The notes: generated from the sequence alone by a model not told the origin. A stretch of 34,354 nucleotides of DNA from Callorhinchus milii (GCF_018977255.1 NW_024705564.1:1-34354); one strand, 5' to 3'; numbered from the stretch's first letter, positions 9,988 to 23,256 are shown. Numbers and translations are program-made.

Positions 9988-10484
9988 GTAGTGGGAAACC
10001 CGTAGGTGTGTGCATGTGTGGTGGGAAACCTGTACTGCTGTCGTACTTTGTGACCGGGCGAGGCCAATTTCGTCCTCATGGTAGACCAGGGCGTCCTGGT
10101 CTTCGTACTGCTGCTTGTCTTTGGCCGCAATGACACCCAACATGGACGACCCCATCACCTGCGTTCAAACAAGTGTTACACAGTACATACGCACGTGCAA
10201 TAAAGCAACCACAAAGCACATACACTTTTAAATTTAATATAACGCTGGATGTAGAAATGCACGATATGCTAAATTAAATTTATTCTAAATTTAGGAAACA
10301 GAAAAAATGTAAATATGGAGTTTCAGTTACATTTTGCATTAACGTGCAGTCATTTCCCTATGCAAGGCTCCAGGCCAAAGTGACACAGAAGAAATCTCAG
10401 TTAAGTTATCTGGCTTTGTCCATGCACAACAGCTGATGTCACGCATCCCCCCCCAACCCTCTGCGTCGGCCGTGTATCCCGCAC

Positions 10485-12171
10485 AAATCCATAGAAAGGA
10501 AGCAGGGTCTCGGGCATGACCACCTCAGCAGTACTTAATTCAGCTCACTTGGTTTCTATAATTAAGGACATTTCACTGTCTCCAGATTATTTGCTTGTCA
10601 GCTTCGATGTAGTCTCTCTGTTCACCAAGGTACCTGTACCTAACACCAAATAAATCATTGAAGACTTGGTCTAACAGGGACTGAATCCTGATGTACCAAC
10701 TTTGGTGAGGCACTGCCTTACCAACACTTACTTCATCTGGAATGGCAAATTCTACAAACAAAATTATCAGTGGTAGCGAATGTTTTCATGGAGAAATTTG
10801 AAACATATGCCATCCTGACATCCACCCTACGTCCTTCCCTGTGGAAGAGATACTAGATGACACTTCCGTCATCTGGCCAAATGGCCAGCCAGCATTGAAC
10901 CAGTTTTTCAACCACATCAATTCCATCCACCCATCCATCAAATTCACCATGGAATGGAAAATGATAGCAAGCTACCATTCCTGGATGTTTTGATCGAGAA
11001 GAGGCCTAATGGCTCGTTGGGACATTCCGTCTACAGGAAAGTCACCCACATTCCTATCTAAAGCCTGACTCCCACCACCATCCGGCCCAGCAGAACTCCC
11101 TCATCAAAACACTGCACCATAGGGCCCGCTGCATCTCCGACCAGCGCCAACTAGCCAATGAACTGGAGCACGTACACCAAGCCCTCAAGATGAATGGATA
11201 CTCAGACTGCACAATCCGCAAAGCTGTATCCCAACCATGGGGAGACAACCATCTGAGGACCCAATCAAAACCATCACCTTGCCATACATAGCAGGTTTTA
11301 CCAAAAAGATTTCCAAAATCTTAAACAAACACAAGATCCAGGTCCAATTCAATACGGTACACAAAATCCATGATTTGATCCCATCTGTGAAGGATGTCAT
11401 TCCTGACATGCAATACCCTGGCATCTACAAACTAAGTTGTGTCTGCGGCAGCAGTTCCATTGGGAAACGAAACGACATGTCTCGAACCGTGTTTCGCGAA
11501 CACAAGGCAGATTTGAAACACGGCTGTTATCTCCGACTGCATTGCCCTGTTAGGTACCTCTGCATTAACGGGCTGTAGTCTCACTAACATGGCCACCTCT
11601 GCTCCCTTAGCCTTGATGTATCGATGGTTCTAGCTGTGTGATGGGCTTTGTGTCTCACTGGCGCGACCACCGTTGGCGTGGTTCTCTTGCGTGGACGCGC
11701 TTGCCTCACAGTGCAGTTGGCAGCGCCGCAGCTTGTGCTACACATAGACATGACATTAACTTGCTAATCACATAATCTCCCTGCTAATCTCCCATTAACA
11801 CTGCTGTTGTGCGCATATGCGACAATACTCTTATGCAGCGACGGTAGCTCATTTCATGCAAACCTCTCTCCCTAATCTCTCTCTCCCTAATCCCCCCATT
11901 AACACAACTGACGTATTTGTGTCCGGGGATGGAATTCCTTTCAAACTCAGACCCTGCTTGCTTGCCCATCGCCACGTAAATAACCTTGTTGTAACAGCTC
12001 TCTCGCTGGTTCAGCAGTTCCACTGCTGGATTATTTTTTCCGCCTGAGGATGACCGCTTGTGTTGCGATCGAAACGTCGTGATATATTATTTTTTTAAAT
12101 TTTTCTACCTACGTGACTTTACCAAAAGAACCAAAGAGTATGGATTCCTGCAGTCACGAAAGCTTCAAATC
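10485..12171 (+). mobile_element. Penelope-like retroelement relic, copy 2
   Basis: Adds RT motif LLVSFDVVSLFTKVP; GTPMGSP segment deleted; YVDD frameshifted; GIYKLSCVCG present; HHR and tail present. Confidence 0.93.
12041..12081 (+). ncRNA. Hammerhead ribozyme motif in pLTR
   Basis: cgc-CTGAGGA-T-GACCGC-ttgtgtt-GCGATC-GAAA-CGTC-gtg. Confidence 0.8.
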
Positions 12172-12361
12172 ATTATTGTGCTTTAATGAATACATTTTAT
12201 AATAAGTGTCTTCGCAATGTTACACAGTAAATATAATCTTCAAGGACAACTCTTACAGTCCCATCATTACCACCATCATCATAATCACCATCATCACCAA
12301 ATGTATCATCATTATCATCCTAACCATCTGTATAATCAATCACAATCTGTATCATCACCAC

Positions 12362-12643
12362 CAAAGACAAATACTCCCCATATAGCCCGAATAGACTGTT
12401 GGGGCATGTGCTGTTAGCGAGCACCTATGAAGACCAGCATGGCACACGAGGTCAACACCACGCCGGCCGCCTTTGTCTCCCCAGCAGTGTTTACACCACA
12501 CCAGGTACTTATTTAAGGCTGAGTCGACCTAGGAGGCCCATGACCGTTTCAGATAGTCGTTTCCTGCATTGGGCATGAGTGAAATTTACCTCGGGTCGTC
12601 GGGTTCATAGCACAGTGTGCTAAACGCTACGCTACCCCTACCC
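12362..12643 (-). mobile_element. tRNA-derived SINE family A
   Basis: Paralog of 8011-8294. Confidence 0.8.
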
Positions 12644-14248
12644 ACCACCTGTATCACCATCATCTTCCAGAGTTAATATATTTCATGTCAATATCTGGAA
12701 ATGCTTGTATTTGTAATAAACAATTCACAAGTAGTTGTCACTCACACTCACCACACTCAAATTGTCAGAAAGGAATGAAAGATGAAATATCTTCAGAACT
12801 CTACATCCTGAAACTAAACTAATTATTTGTATTTTACCAGGTAAGGCCCACTGAGCTATATCGCACGCTCGGGAGTCCTGATTCCACTTCTGGGAGTGTC
12901 AATTACAACGCCATGGAATTGTATATGTTGACACATGACCAAGCATATGTGTTTGTGTGCACGTATGTGTGTATGCGTGCCTTCAAATGCACGTGCGTGT
13001 GTATGCGCGTGTCTGCACGTGTCTGCATGTGCGTGTGGAAAATAACTTTAGCCATGACAATTGGGATCTATTAGGTTTAGGGTTAAGAGCTTTGCACACA
13101 TAAACTGGTGGGTGTGTGAACTCACCAGTGTGGAGCTCACCTCACCGGTGAGCTGGTGTGTACGCTGTTTAATCTGTAAGCTCACTACTGTGTGTGTGCG
13201 CCCACGAGTGTGTAAGCTCACTGATGTGTAAACCTGCTGGTGTGTGCTCTTTGGTGTGTGGCCTCACTAATGTGCAGCACATTTTTGTGGAAGCTCACTA
13301 GTGTGCAAGCACACGAGTGTGCCGGTGAGTGTGTGTGAGTGCGGTGTGTGCGAGTGTGCGGTGAGTGTGCGGTGAGTGTGTGTGCCGGTGGGTGAGTGCG
13401 AGTGTGCGGTGTGTGCAGTGAGTGTGTGTGGATGTGCAGTCAGTGTGCCGGTAAGTGAGTGCGTGGTGAGTGCGTGGTGAGTGTGCTGTGAGTGTGCGGT
13501 GAGTGTGTGCGAGTGTGCAGTGAGTCCCAGTGTGTGAGTGTGTTGGCGAGTGTGTGGCTTGACGTGTCTCCGTATCAGTATTACTCAGCCACCCCCTTAC
13601 TTGCCCACGCAAAGATCCGTCCTGCCCACCAGAGAGCTACATGCGATTCAAATGTCCACGTCCACATGACATCACATTGCGATGCGCATGTGTGACATAC
13701 ATGTCCCACGTGTTGCACACACTACGCACGTCACATGCACAAAGGGCATGCCTTACAAGTGATGAACACGCGATGCAGGTGTTTGCCTCGTATGTCACGT
13801 ACACGTGACGCACGTGGCCCGTGCGCGTGACGCGTGCTCCGCGCTGCCGTGTGCTTTGGCCAGAGTCGTCAATAGCGGGGTGCGTGGGCCCCCCGATGCC
13901 TTCAAACTAAACTGGAAACATTACATGTGACACTGATGTCTACACGTGGGGCCTCCCCCAAAGCGGTCGGCCGAATTTGCCGTATACTAGGGGACGGCTC
14001 TTGATTTGGCATACGCGACACGCACGTTGTGTGCGCTGTGCGTGGGGTGACTAGCCCGATGTGCGTGCCGGGCAGGGCAAGGGGGACTGCCATTGATTGT
14101 GTCGAGACTTTTGCATGGGTGACGAGATGAACGCCCAAATTCAACGCAGGCCGCCACACAAGGGCTGCACATTTCAATGTTGAGCAGGTCCCTGTGTGTC
14201 CGTGCGTGCGGGTCCGTGTGTGTGTTTATTTCTGTGTGCGTTATGTGA

Positions 14249-14545
14249 GGGTAGCAGTGGCGCAGTGGATAGTAAGCTACGCTCCGAACCCCGCAAACAT
14301 CCGAGTTGGATTCCCGCTCATGGCCAACACCAGTGACGATTATTTATCTGAACCGGTACTGGGTCACCTCAACCTCAAATGAATACCTGGAGCGGTGTGT
14401 ATACGTCACCACTTGGGAGACAAAGGCGGCCGGGTGTGGTGTTGGCCACCCACCCCCTGGTAGACCGTGCCGACCTTCATAGGTGCTTGTCAACAGCACT
14501 TGCCACAACAGTCTGTTAAGGCTATATGGGGGATCTTCATCTTTG
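14249..14545 (+). mobile_element. tRNA-derived SINE family A
   Basis: Paralog of 9692-9987 with A and B boxes. Confidence 0.85.
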
Positions 14546-15051
14546 TAGTGGGAAACCCGTAGGTGTGTGCATGTGTGGTGGGAAACCTGTACTGCTGTCG
14601 TACTTTGTGACCGGGCGAGGCCAATTTCGTCCTCATGGTAGACCAGGGCGTCCTGGTCTTCGTACTGCTGCTTGTTTTTGGCCGCAATGACACCCAACAT
14701 GGACGACCCCATCACCTGCGTTCAAACAAGTGTTACACAGTACATACACACGCGCAATAAAGCAACCACAAAGCACATACACTTTTAAATTTAATATAAA
14801 ACCACTGTGGGCCTAGTACTGTAGTCACCAATCCGTGTGCATTATTTATTTGTTGGTCATTCCGATGGCAGCACAAACAGAAGCTGCATTAATATAAATA
14901 CATATGTACTTATTAGAGGGTGTTTTGTTTGTTTGGGTTAGATCGCGTAAATATTAGTAAGGTTTGTCACGTAAACAAAACATGCCAATTAGTTACTAGT
15001 TCAGCACATCGGTGTGTTGGAGAGTAAACCCACAACATTTACAATTCAAGT

Positions 15052-15102
15052 ACCGTGACGTTTCGCCTGTAACTACAACAACAACCTGCCTCGTCAGGCG
15101 AC
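15052..15102 (-). ncRNA. Degenerate hammerhead motif of a second PLE-type family
   Basis: Minus strand CTGACGA...GGC-GAAA-CGTC; core is intact but stems pair poorly. Confidence 0.5.
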
Positions 15103-15287
15103 AGACAGAGTTGTGGTGAAATCCTCCTCCTGTCTCGGTCTTAAATAGACGGGGGATAAATGTGATGTCGTCACTTGTAAGCATATCGTATACAAAGACT
15201 AAAGGGGGCGGGGGGGGTTATGTTTCCATGTAAATTACAATGGATATCTGTTATTGGTTGGGTTGTTCACAGTTAATCAACAGACAA

Positions 15288-15408
15288 TGGCACACGAGCA
15301 GTCCATGCGGTCCGCACCACGCCCGGCCGCCTTCGTCTCGCCAGTGTTGACGTTTACACAACTCTACTCGGTTAAGGCTGAGTCGACCTTGAGGGAGGCT
15401 CGGGACAG
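15288..15408 (-). mobile_element. SINE family A fragment cut by the gap
   Basis: caccacgcccggccgcc...aaggctgagtcgacct. Confidence 0.7.
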
Positions 15409-15438
15409 NNNNNNNNNNNNNNNNNNNNNNNNNNNNNN
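15409..15438. other. Assembly gap (30 N)
   Basis: Run of N. Confidence 1.
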
Positions 15439-18400
15439 CCCTGCTGCGCGGAAGGCCCGGAACATCAGCCACGACAAGAGCGGACTCATATTCGCCCAAA
15501 GTAAGTGTTTCGATAGGTCGATAACATGTCAGACATATTCGTTAGGCCTTTCAGTTGAGCTTCGGCGTATTGTGATGTACGATGGCTGCAGATCCTGGAA
15601 TATTCCCGCATGAGTCGCATGCCAAACCCGGTAGGTTTGTTTTAGGTGGTGATCTCTAATGGCTACGAGACAATTGGAGTGTGTCACCTAGACCTGCATG
15701 GAAATCTGGCGAGACTGGCTCGCTTTGTATCGGTCACTTGGGGACGCGCGAGGGCCGGAAGTCGCACCATCTAAGTCGTTGTTCTCAGTAACGCTTCTCG
15801 GATAGGAAGGTACAGCATGACCAGACGCAGAACCTCTGGCAAGGTTCACCGTGGAGGCAGGTCTAGAGAATAACACCAGAATGGCATTAGCCGCGGATTC
15901 CTCGATCTGATTGGGAAGAATATTATTTAGCTCGTTTCAGGTGTATTTACATATAAGTCTTGGTTGCTGGGCACGCCCGTGCTGTCAGCACATGAGACAG
16001 AGAACATTTCACAGAGGCGTGTCTGGGTAGAATGAGGGATCCGTCGGCCAGTGCTAAGTCACCCCCGGGAACCCAACAAACCGACATTGAAGCGTCTCGA
16101 ACGGTATCATGGCATTTCGTTGGGAGAACTAGGGACGTGCGCGGACCGGCTAGACGCCACTGATCACCACTTCTATTGCCGCTAAAATGAGGTCTCGGCC
16201 TTCATTCTCCTGGCGTCACTATTTTGCATGTCTTAGCTAGATGATTTTTCATTTTTCAGGTATGCTAACCAGTACCATAGGAATATCACTCTCTCTGGTT
16301 ATGAGAGCGACATAACTAGTCTACAACATCTAGATAGCAATAAGTTTGGGGTGAAAGGGGTGCTTGTCACGACGCGAACCTTATTCTCCGACGGGCCCTG
16401 AGGTTAAGCGTATAGATGTCTATAACACGCAAACGCTGGAAGCCTGCGAGTAGTGTGAAACGACGAAGAAAGTACGTGTCGTGGCCGGCCGGGACGGCGT
16501 AAGCCGATAACTTTAGAAATCCAGCTTATACCCTCTGGCCCCTGTGCGCTTTTGAGAAGGCCCTATTGCATACTATCCCGGGCTGACCCTGCACTCGTTC
16601 GAAGCTAGCCTGTTTAACGTCTTAACAAACGCTCATAACTAAATACCCATGTTTGCGCAGACTTTACAACATACAGTGGGCGATTGGTTGTCTAGTTTCC
16701 TCATCCTAATAAACCGCCGATATTTAGCGAAGGCGGCCCTCCGTTAATGTAAACGTATTTAGAAACATGTGCGCAGCTGTACCATCACGTTCACCAGAAG
16801 ACTTGGACCGGACCGCCGGATCTTTGTCTGAATTGCCCAACTAGGAAGTTCTGAAATGTTGGTCTACCATCTCCGTGTAAAAGAGGCTACATATATAGCT
16901 CGCCATAGACACATCCTAGATCCTCAATGGGTCAAACCGCAGAATTCACACTCGTTAGTGACGCACCATGGGGCTTCAACGTGATGTTGCTGAGGGTAAG
17001 CTGGGCGCTTCGTGTCTGGAAGCTCTTTCCATGAGGCAGAAAAGCACAAGTCTAACCCTCAACGGCAGATTACTGTTCGTCGCAGATTGTACGAGTTGTT
17101 GCGGAGAAACGGCGAACAGGATATCGCGCATGAACGTGCGACAAAGCAGCGCTAGGTCAGTTAATCGCCGTCTGATGGGCGGTCCCCTGTCTCGCCGGCG
17201 AAAAAGAAGTCCGACGAAACCGCCTCCATTTCTATAAGCGGCTTCATATGTAGGCTATTTGAGATAACCGTTCTCTTAGATCTTAGGGTTTTACACTCTT
17301 AGCGATGTGGTAGCCAACAGAAAGGATTCGGAGTTTATTGCAAATCGTCGAAAGTCATGGAATCCGAAGCCTATGTCTTACACTGAGACAACATCCTGGG
17401 TTAAACGCTCGTGCGCAAAAGTCACTCAACAAGACAGACACAGACCTGAAGTTGAAATCCTAAGTTTGGTCTATGTTCATATCTCGTTTCGGGGGTTGGC
17501 ACCATACTTAGATGTTAACTGAGGAACAGCCAATGGCGGCCTAATAACCCAAATCGTTCTTTTCCGGAGTTGAGGGGGTGTCAGGTAAGGAATAAAAGCT
17601 AACAGGAGCACACAGTGCAGTCGGGGGCGCCTGAGCAGTGCTGCCAGAAAATAACGATCATTCGTCGCATGAGTACCCATCAGCTGACTTCGGAGCCACG
17701 TAACTCGCCCCGAAAAATCTGTACCATGATATTTAGTGACATAGGAAAAGGTGGGTTACCGCAGACACAATCTCTCCCCTGCAAGCCACAGCCAAAATGT
17801 GCCGGGAGTTGGCCAGGCTTGTGTGGCGTCATGGCTTCCCTTAGTTAGCGAGTAGAGATTAGTGTGTCTCCAACAGTTCCGTTCCCTCTCGGACACATAC
17901 AACGAGTTAGGATCTGTGCAGTAGAAAGGCCATTAACTTCTCCTGTGCTGTTGATGATCGCCTCCTAGATAGAATAGTCCTGGTCTACCAAAACTACCAA
18001 GAGTAATTTGAAAAAGAAGTAGCGTATGCGAAAATATGTCCTCATACCTTTCTGCACCATAGAATGTATTTCCGACCTCAGCAGGTTTGAGACCCAGGAT
18101 AGGGGCCGCCGCTCAGCGGAAGAGTAATGCGATGAACAATCATAGACTTCGCTTCGTTTCAATAGTTCTCCAGCGTGGGATTTTCGTCCTCGGGAGGAAA
18201 TTAGTTTGTCGCGTGGTTCAGACTAGAGCTGGGATAAAGCTTCAACCCCATTCATAACTCCCGCATTTAGAAACTGACCGACCCGGCGGCGTCGTGCGAC
18301 ATGCCATCCCTGAATATTTCTTTCGATTTCACAGGTATTGCAGCAGGACGGTGTAAGGCCATCACTCCTTAATAATTCCAGCGAGCACCATGTAGCTCGT

Positions 18401-18488
18401 ATGACACCCTATGATAAACACGGCTTTCAAATCTCGAACCCAGGTTCACCACAGTGATCTAGCTGTAGCGGGTAGTAAACCAGAGCAA
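15439..18488. other. 3050-bp featureless, random-looking segment of unknown origin
   Basis: Even base composition, abundant CpG/TpA/CTAG, no microsatellite, no copy of any repeat family in this window, longest internal ORF 89 aa. Confidence 0.75.
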
Positions 18489-18752
18489 GATCATGTAACT
18501 GCTGCTGTCACACTGGATGTAGAAATGTACGATATGCTAAATTAAGTTTATTCTAAATTTAGGAAACAGAAAAAATGTAAATATGGAGTTTTAGTTACAT
18601 TTTGCATTAACGTGCAGTCATTTCCCTATGCAAGGCTCCAGGCCAAAGTGGCGCAGAAGAAATCTCAGTGAAGTTATCTGGCTTTGTGCATGCACAACAG
18701 CTGATGTCACGTATCCCCCCCCAACCCTCTGCGTCGGCCGTGTATCCCGCAC

Positions 18753-20476
18753 AAATCCATAGAAAGGAAGCAGGGTCTCGGGCATGACCACCTCAGCAGT
18801 ACTTAATTCAGCTCACTTGGTTTCTATAATTAAGGACATTTCACTATCTCCAGATTATTTGCTTGTCAGCTTCGATGTAGTCTCTCTGTTCACCAAGGTA
18901 ACTGTACCTAACACCAAAGCAATCATTAAGACTTGGTCCAACAGGGACTGAATCCTGATGTACCAACTTTGGTGAGGCACTGCCTTACCAACACTTACTT
19001 CATCTGGAATGGTACATTCTACAAACAAAATTAAGGTACCCCTATGGGTTCTCCCTTATCACCAGTGGTAGCGAATGTTTTCATGGATAAATTTTAAACA
19101 TATGCCATTCTGACATCCACCCTACGTCCTTCCCTGTGAAAGAGATACATAGATGACACTAACGTCATCTGGCCAAAAGGGCCAGCCAGCATTGAACTCG
19201 TTTTTCAACCACATCAATTCCATCCACCCATCCATCAAATTCACCATGGAAGTGGAAAATGATGGCAAGCTACAATTCCTGGATGTTTTGATCGAGAAGA
19301 GGCCTAATGGCTCGTTGGGACATTCCGTCTACAGGAAAGCCACCCACATTCCTATCTAAAGCCTGACTCCCACCACCATCCGGCCCAGAAGAACTCCCTC
19401 ATCAAAACACTACACCATAGGACCCGCTGCATCTCCGTCCAGCGCCAACTAGCCAGTGAACTGGAGCACGTACACCAAGCCCTCAAAATGAATGGATACT
19501 CAGACTGCACAATCCGCAAAGCTGTATCCCCAACCATGGGGAGACAACCATCTGAGCACCCAATCAAAACCATCACCTTGCCATACATAGCAGGTGTTAC
19601 CAAAAAGATTTCCAAAATCTTAAACAAACACAAGATCCAGGTCCGATTCAATACGGTACACAAAATCCATGATTTGATCCATCTGTGAAGGATGTCATTC
19701 CTGACATGCAATACCCTGGCATCTACAAACCAAGTTGTGTCTGCGGCAGCAGTTACATTGGGGAAACGAAACGACATGTCTCGGACCGTGTTTCGCAAAC
19801 ACAAGGCAGATTTGAAACACGGCTGTTATCTCCGACTGCATTGCCCTGTTAGGTGCCTCTGCATTAACGGGCTGTAGTCTCACTAACATGGCCACCTCTG
19901 CTCCCTTAGCCTTGATGTATCGATGGTTCTAGCTGTGTGATGGGCTTTGTGTATCACTGGCGCGATCACCGTTGCGGTGGTTCTCTTGCGTGGACGCGCT
20001 TGCCTCACAGTGCAGTTGGCAGCGCCGGAGCTTGTGCTACACATAGACATGACATTAACTTGCTAATCCCCTAATCTCCCTGCTAATCTCCCATTAACAC
20101 TGCTGTTGTGCGCATATGCGACAATACTCTTATGCAGCGACGGTAGCTCATTTCATGCAAATCTCTCTCCCTAATCTCTCTCTCCCTAATCTCCCCCATT
20201 AACACAACTGACGTACTTGCGTCCGGGGATGGAATTCCTTTCCAACTCATACCCCACTTGCTTGCCCATCGCCACGTAAATAACCTTCTTGTAACAGCTC
20301 TCTCGCTGGTTCAGCAGTTCCACTGCTGGATTATTTTTTCCGCCTGAGGATGACCGCTTTGTGTTGCGATCGAAACGTCGTGATATATTATTTGGTTTAT
20401 TTTATTTTTCTACCTACGTGACTTTACCAAAAGAACCAAAGAGTATGGATTCCTGCAGTCACGAAAGCTTAAAATC
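18753..20476 (+). mobile_element. Penelope-like retroelement relic, copy 3
   Basis: LVSFDVVSLFTKV, GTPMGSPLSPVVANVFM, RYIDDT (preceded by a W-to-TGA stop), [25 protein letters not shown] and tail. Confidence 0.93.
20341..20382 (+). ncRNA. Hammerhead ribozyme motif in pLTR
   Basis: cgc-CTGAGGA-T-GACCGC-tttgtgtt-GCGATC-GAAA-CGTC-gtg. Confidence 0.8.
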
Positions 20477-20667
20477 ATTATTGTGCTTTAATGAATACAT
20501 TTTATATTAGTGTGTCTTCGCAATGTTACACAGTAAATATAATCTTCAAGGACAACTCTTACAGTCCCATCATTACCACCATCTTCATAATCACCATCAT
20601 CACCAAATGTATCATCATTATCATCCTAACCATCTGTATAATCAATCACAATCTGTATCATCACCAC

Positions 20668-20958
20668 CAAAGACAAAGACTCCCCATATAGCCCTAATAG
20701 ACTGTTGGGCAAGTGCTGTTAGCGAGCACCTATGAAGGCCAGCATGGCACACGAGGGTGGGTGGTCAACACCACCCCGGCCGCCTTTGTCTCCCCAGCAG
20801 TGTTTACACCACACCAGGTACTTATTTAGGCTGAGTCGACCTAGGAGAGGCCCATGACCGTTTCAGATAATCGTTTCCTGCGTTTGGCATGAGCGAGAAT
20901 TTAGATCGGGTCGCCGGGTTCGTAGCGCAGTGTGCTAAACGCTACGCTACCCCTACCC
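20668..20958 (-). mobile_element. tRNA-derived SINE family A
   Basis: Paralog of 8011-8294. Confidence 0.8.
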
Positions 20959-22363
20959 ACCACCTGTATCACCATCATCTTCCAGAGTTATATATTTAAT
21001 GTCAATAGCTGGAAATGCTTGTATTTGTAATTAAAAATCATAAGTATTTGTCACTCACACTCACCCACACTCAAACGCTCAGAAAGGATGAAAGATGAAA
21101 TATCTTCAGAACTCTACATCCTGAAACTAAACTAATTATTGTATTTTACCAGGTAAGGCCCACTGAGCTATATCGCACGCTCGGGAGTCCTGATTCCACT
21201 TCTGGGAGTGTCAATTACAACGCCATGGAATTGTATATGTTGACACATGTCCAAGCATATGTGTTTGTGTGCACGTATGTGTGTATGCGTGCCTTCATAT
21301 GTGCGTGCGTATGTATGCGCGTGTCTGCACGTGCGTGTGTGGAAAATAACTTTAGCCATGACATTTGGGATCTATTAGGTTTAGGGTTAAGAACTCACCA
21401 GTGTGGAGCTCACCGGTGAGCTGGTGTGTACGCTGTCTAATCTGTAAGCTCACTACTGTGTGTGTGCGCCCACGAGTGTGTAAGCTCACTGATATGTAAA
21501 CCTGCTGGTGTGTGCTCTTTGGTGTGTGGCCTCACTAATGTCCAGCACATTTTTGTGGAAGCTCACTAGTGTGCAAGCACACGAGTGTGCCGGTGAGTGT
21601 GTGTGAGTGCGGTGTGTGCGAGTGTGTGAGTGTGCAGTGAGTGCCAGTGTGTGAGTGTGTTGGCGAGTGTGTGGCTTGACGTGTCTCCGTATCAGTATTA
21701 ATCAGCCACCCCCTTACTTGCCCACGCAAAGATCAGTCCTGCCCACCAGAGAGCTACATGCGATTCAAATGTCCACGTCCACATGACATCACATTGCGAT
21801 GCGCATGTGTGACATACATGTCCCACGTGTTGCACACACTACGCACGTCACATGCACAAAGGGCATGCCTTACAAGTGATGAACACGCAATGCAGGTGCT
21901 TGCCTCGTATGTCACGTACACGTGACGCAACGTGGCCCGTGCGCGTAACATGTGCTCCGCGCTGCCGTACTTTGGCCAGAGCCGTCAATAACGGGGTGCG
22001 TGGGCCCCCCGATGCCTTCAAACTAAACTGGAAGCATTACATGTAACACTGATGTCTACACGTGGGGCCTCCCCCAAAGCGGTCGGCCGAATTTGCCGTA
22101 TACTAGGGGACGGCTCTTTATTTGGCATACGCGACACGCACGTTGTGTGCGCTGTGCGTGGGGTGACTAGCCCGATGTGCGTGCCGGGCAGGGCAAGGGG
22201 GACTGCCATTGATTGTGTCGAGACTTTTTGCATGGTGACGAGATGAACGCCCAAATTCAACGCAGGCCGCCACACAAGGGCTGCACATTTCAATGTTGAG
22301 CAGGTCCCTGTGTGTCCGTGCGTGCGGGTCCGTGTGTGTGTTTTTTCTGTGTGCGTTATGTGA

Positions 22364-22660
22364 GGGTAGCAGTGGCGCAGTGGATAGTAATCTACGCTCC
22401 GAACCCCGCAAACATCCGAGTTGGATTCCCGCTCATGGCCAACACCAGTGACGATTATTTATCTGAACCGGTACTGGGTCACCTCAACCTCAAATGAATA
22501 CCTGGAGCGGTGTGTATACGTCACCACTTGGGAGACAAAGGCGGCCGGGTGTGGTGTTGGCCACCCACCCCCTGGTAGACCGTGCCGACCTTCATAGGTG
22601 CTTGTCAACAGCACTTGCCACAACAGTCTGTTAAGGCTATATGGGGGATCTTCGTCTTTG
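22364..22660 (+). mobile_element. tRNA-derived SINE family A
   Basis: Paralog of 9692-9987. Confidence 0.85.
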
Positions 22661-23205
22661 TAGTGGGAAACCCGTAGGTGTGTGCATGTGTGGTGGGAAA
22701 CCTGTACTGCTGTCGTACTTTGTGACCGGGCGAGGCCAATTTCGTCCTCATGGTAGACCAGGGCGTCCTGGTCTTCGTACTGCTGCTTGTTTTGGCCGCA
22801 ATGACACCCAACATGGACGACCCCATCACCTGCGTTCAAACAAGTGTTACACAGTACATACGCACGCGCAATAAAGCAACCACAAAGCACATACACTATT
22901 AAATTTAATATAAAACCACTGTGGGCCTAGTACTGTAGTCACCAATCCGTGTGCATTATTTATTTGTTGGTCATTCCGATGGCAGCACAAACAGAAGCTG
23001 CATCCATAACTTCCCAATCCCAGTCCCAAGCCAAGGTCCATCCATGGAATTAAATAATAGTACTTATTAGAGGGTGTTTTGTTTGTTTGGGTTAGATCGC
23101 GTAAATATTAGTAAGGTTTGTCACGTAAACAAAACATGCCAATTAGTTACTAGTTCAGCACATCGGTGTGTTGGAGAGTAAACCCACAACATTTACAATT
23201 CAAGT

Positions 23206-23256
23206 ACCGTGACGTTTCGCCTGTAACTACAACAACAACCTGCCTCGTCAGGCGAC
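23206..23256 (-). ncRNA. Degenerate hammerhead motif of the second PLE-type family
   Basis: Identical to 15052-15102. Confidence 0.5.

Larger units (their letters stand above)
6236..10242 (+). repeat. Composite duplicated unit, copy 1
   Basis: Colinear, high similarity to roughly 10625-14798 and 18893-22913. Confidence 0.95.
10243..15408 (+). repeat. Composite duplicated unit, copy 2 (ends at the N gap)
   Basis: Colinear with about 18511-23561; begins with a homolog of 4700-4890 joined to a 50-bp Helitron internal fragment. Confidence 0.95.

Noticed and set aside
15439..18488. Hidden repeats or genes in the random-like island (ATTTAGAAAC at about 16757 and 18265; ORFs of 62-89 aa)
   Set aside because: A few repeated 10-mers are expected by chance in 3 kb (about 4), there is no periodicity, and the ORFs show no recognisable motif.
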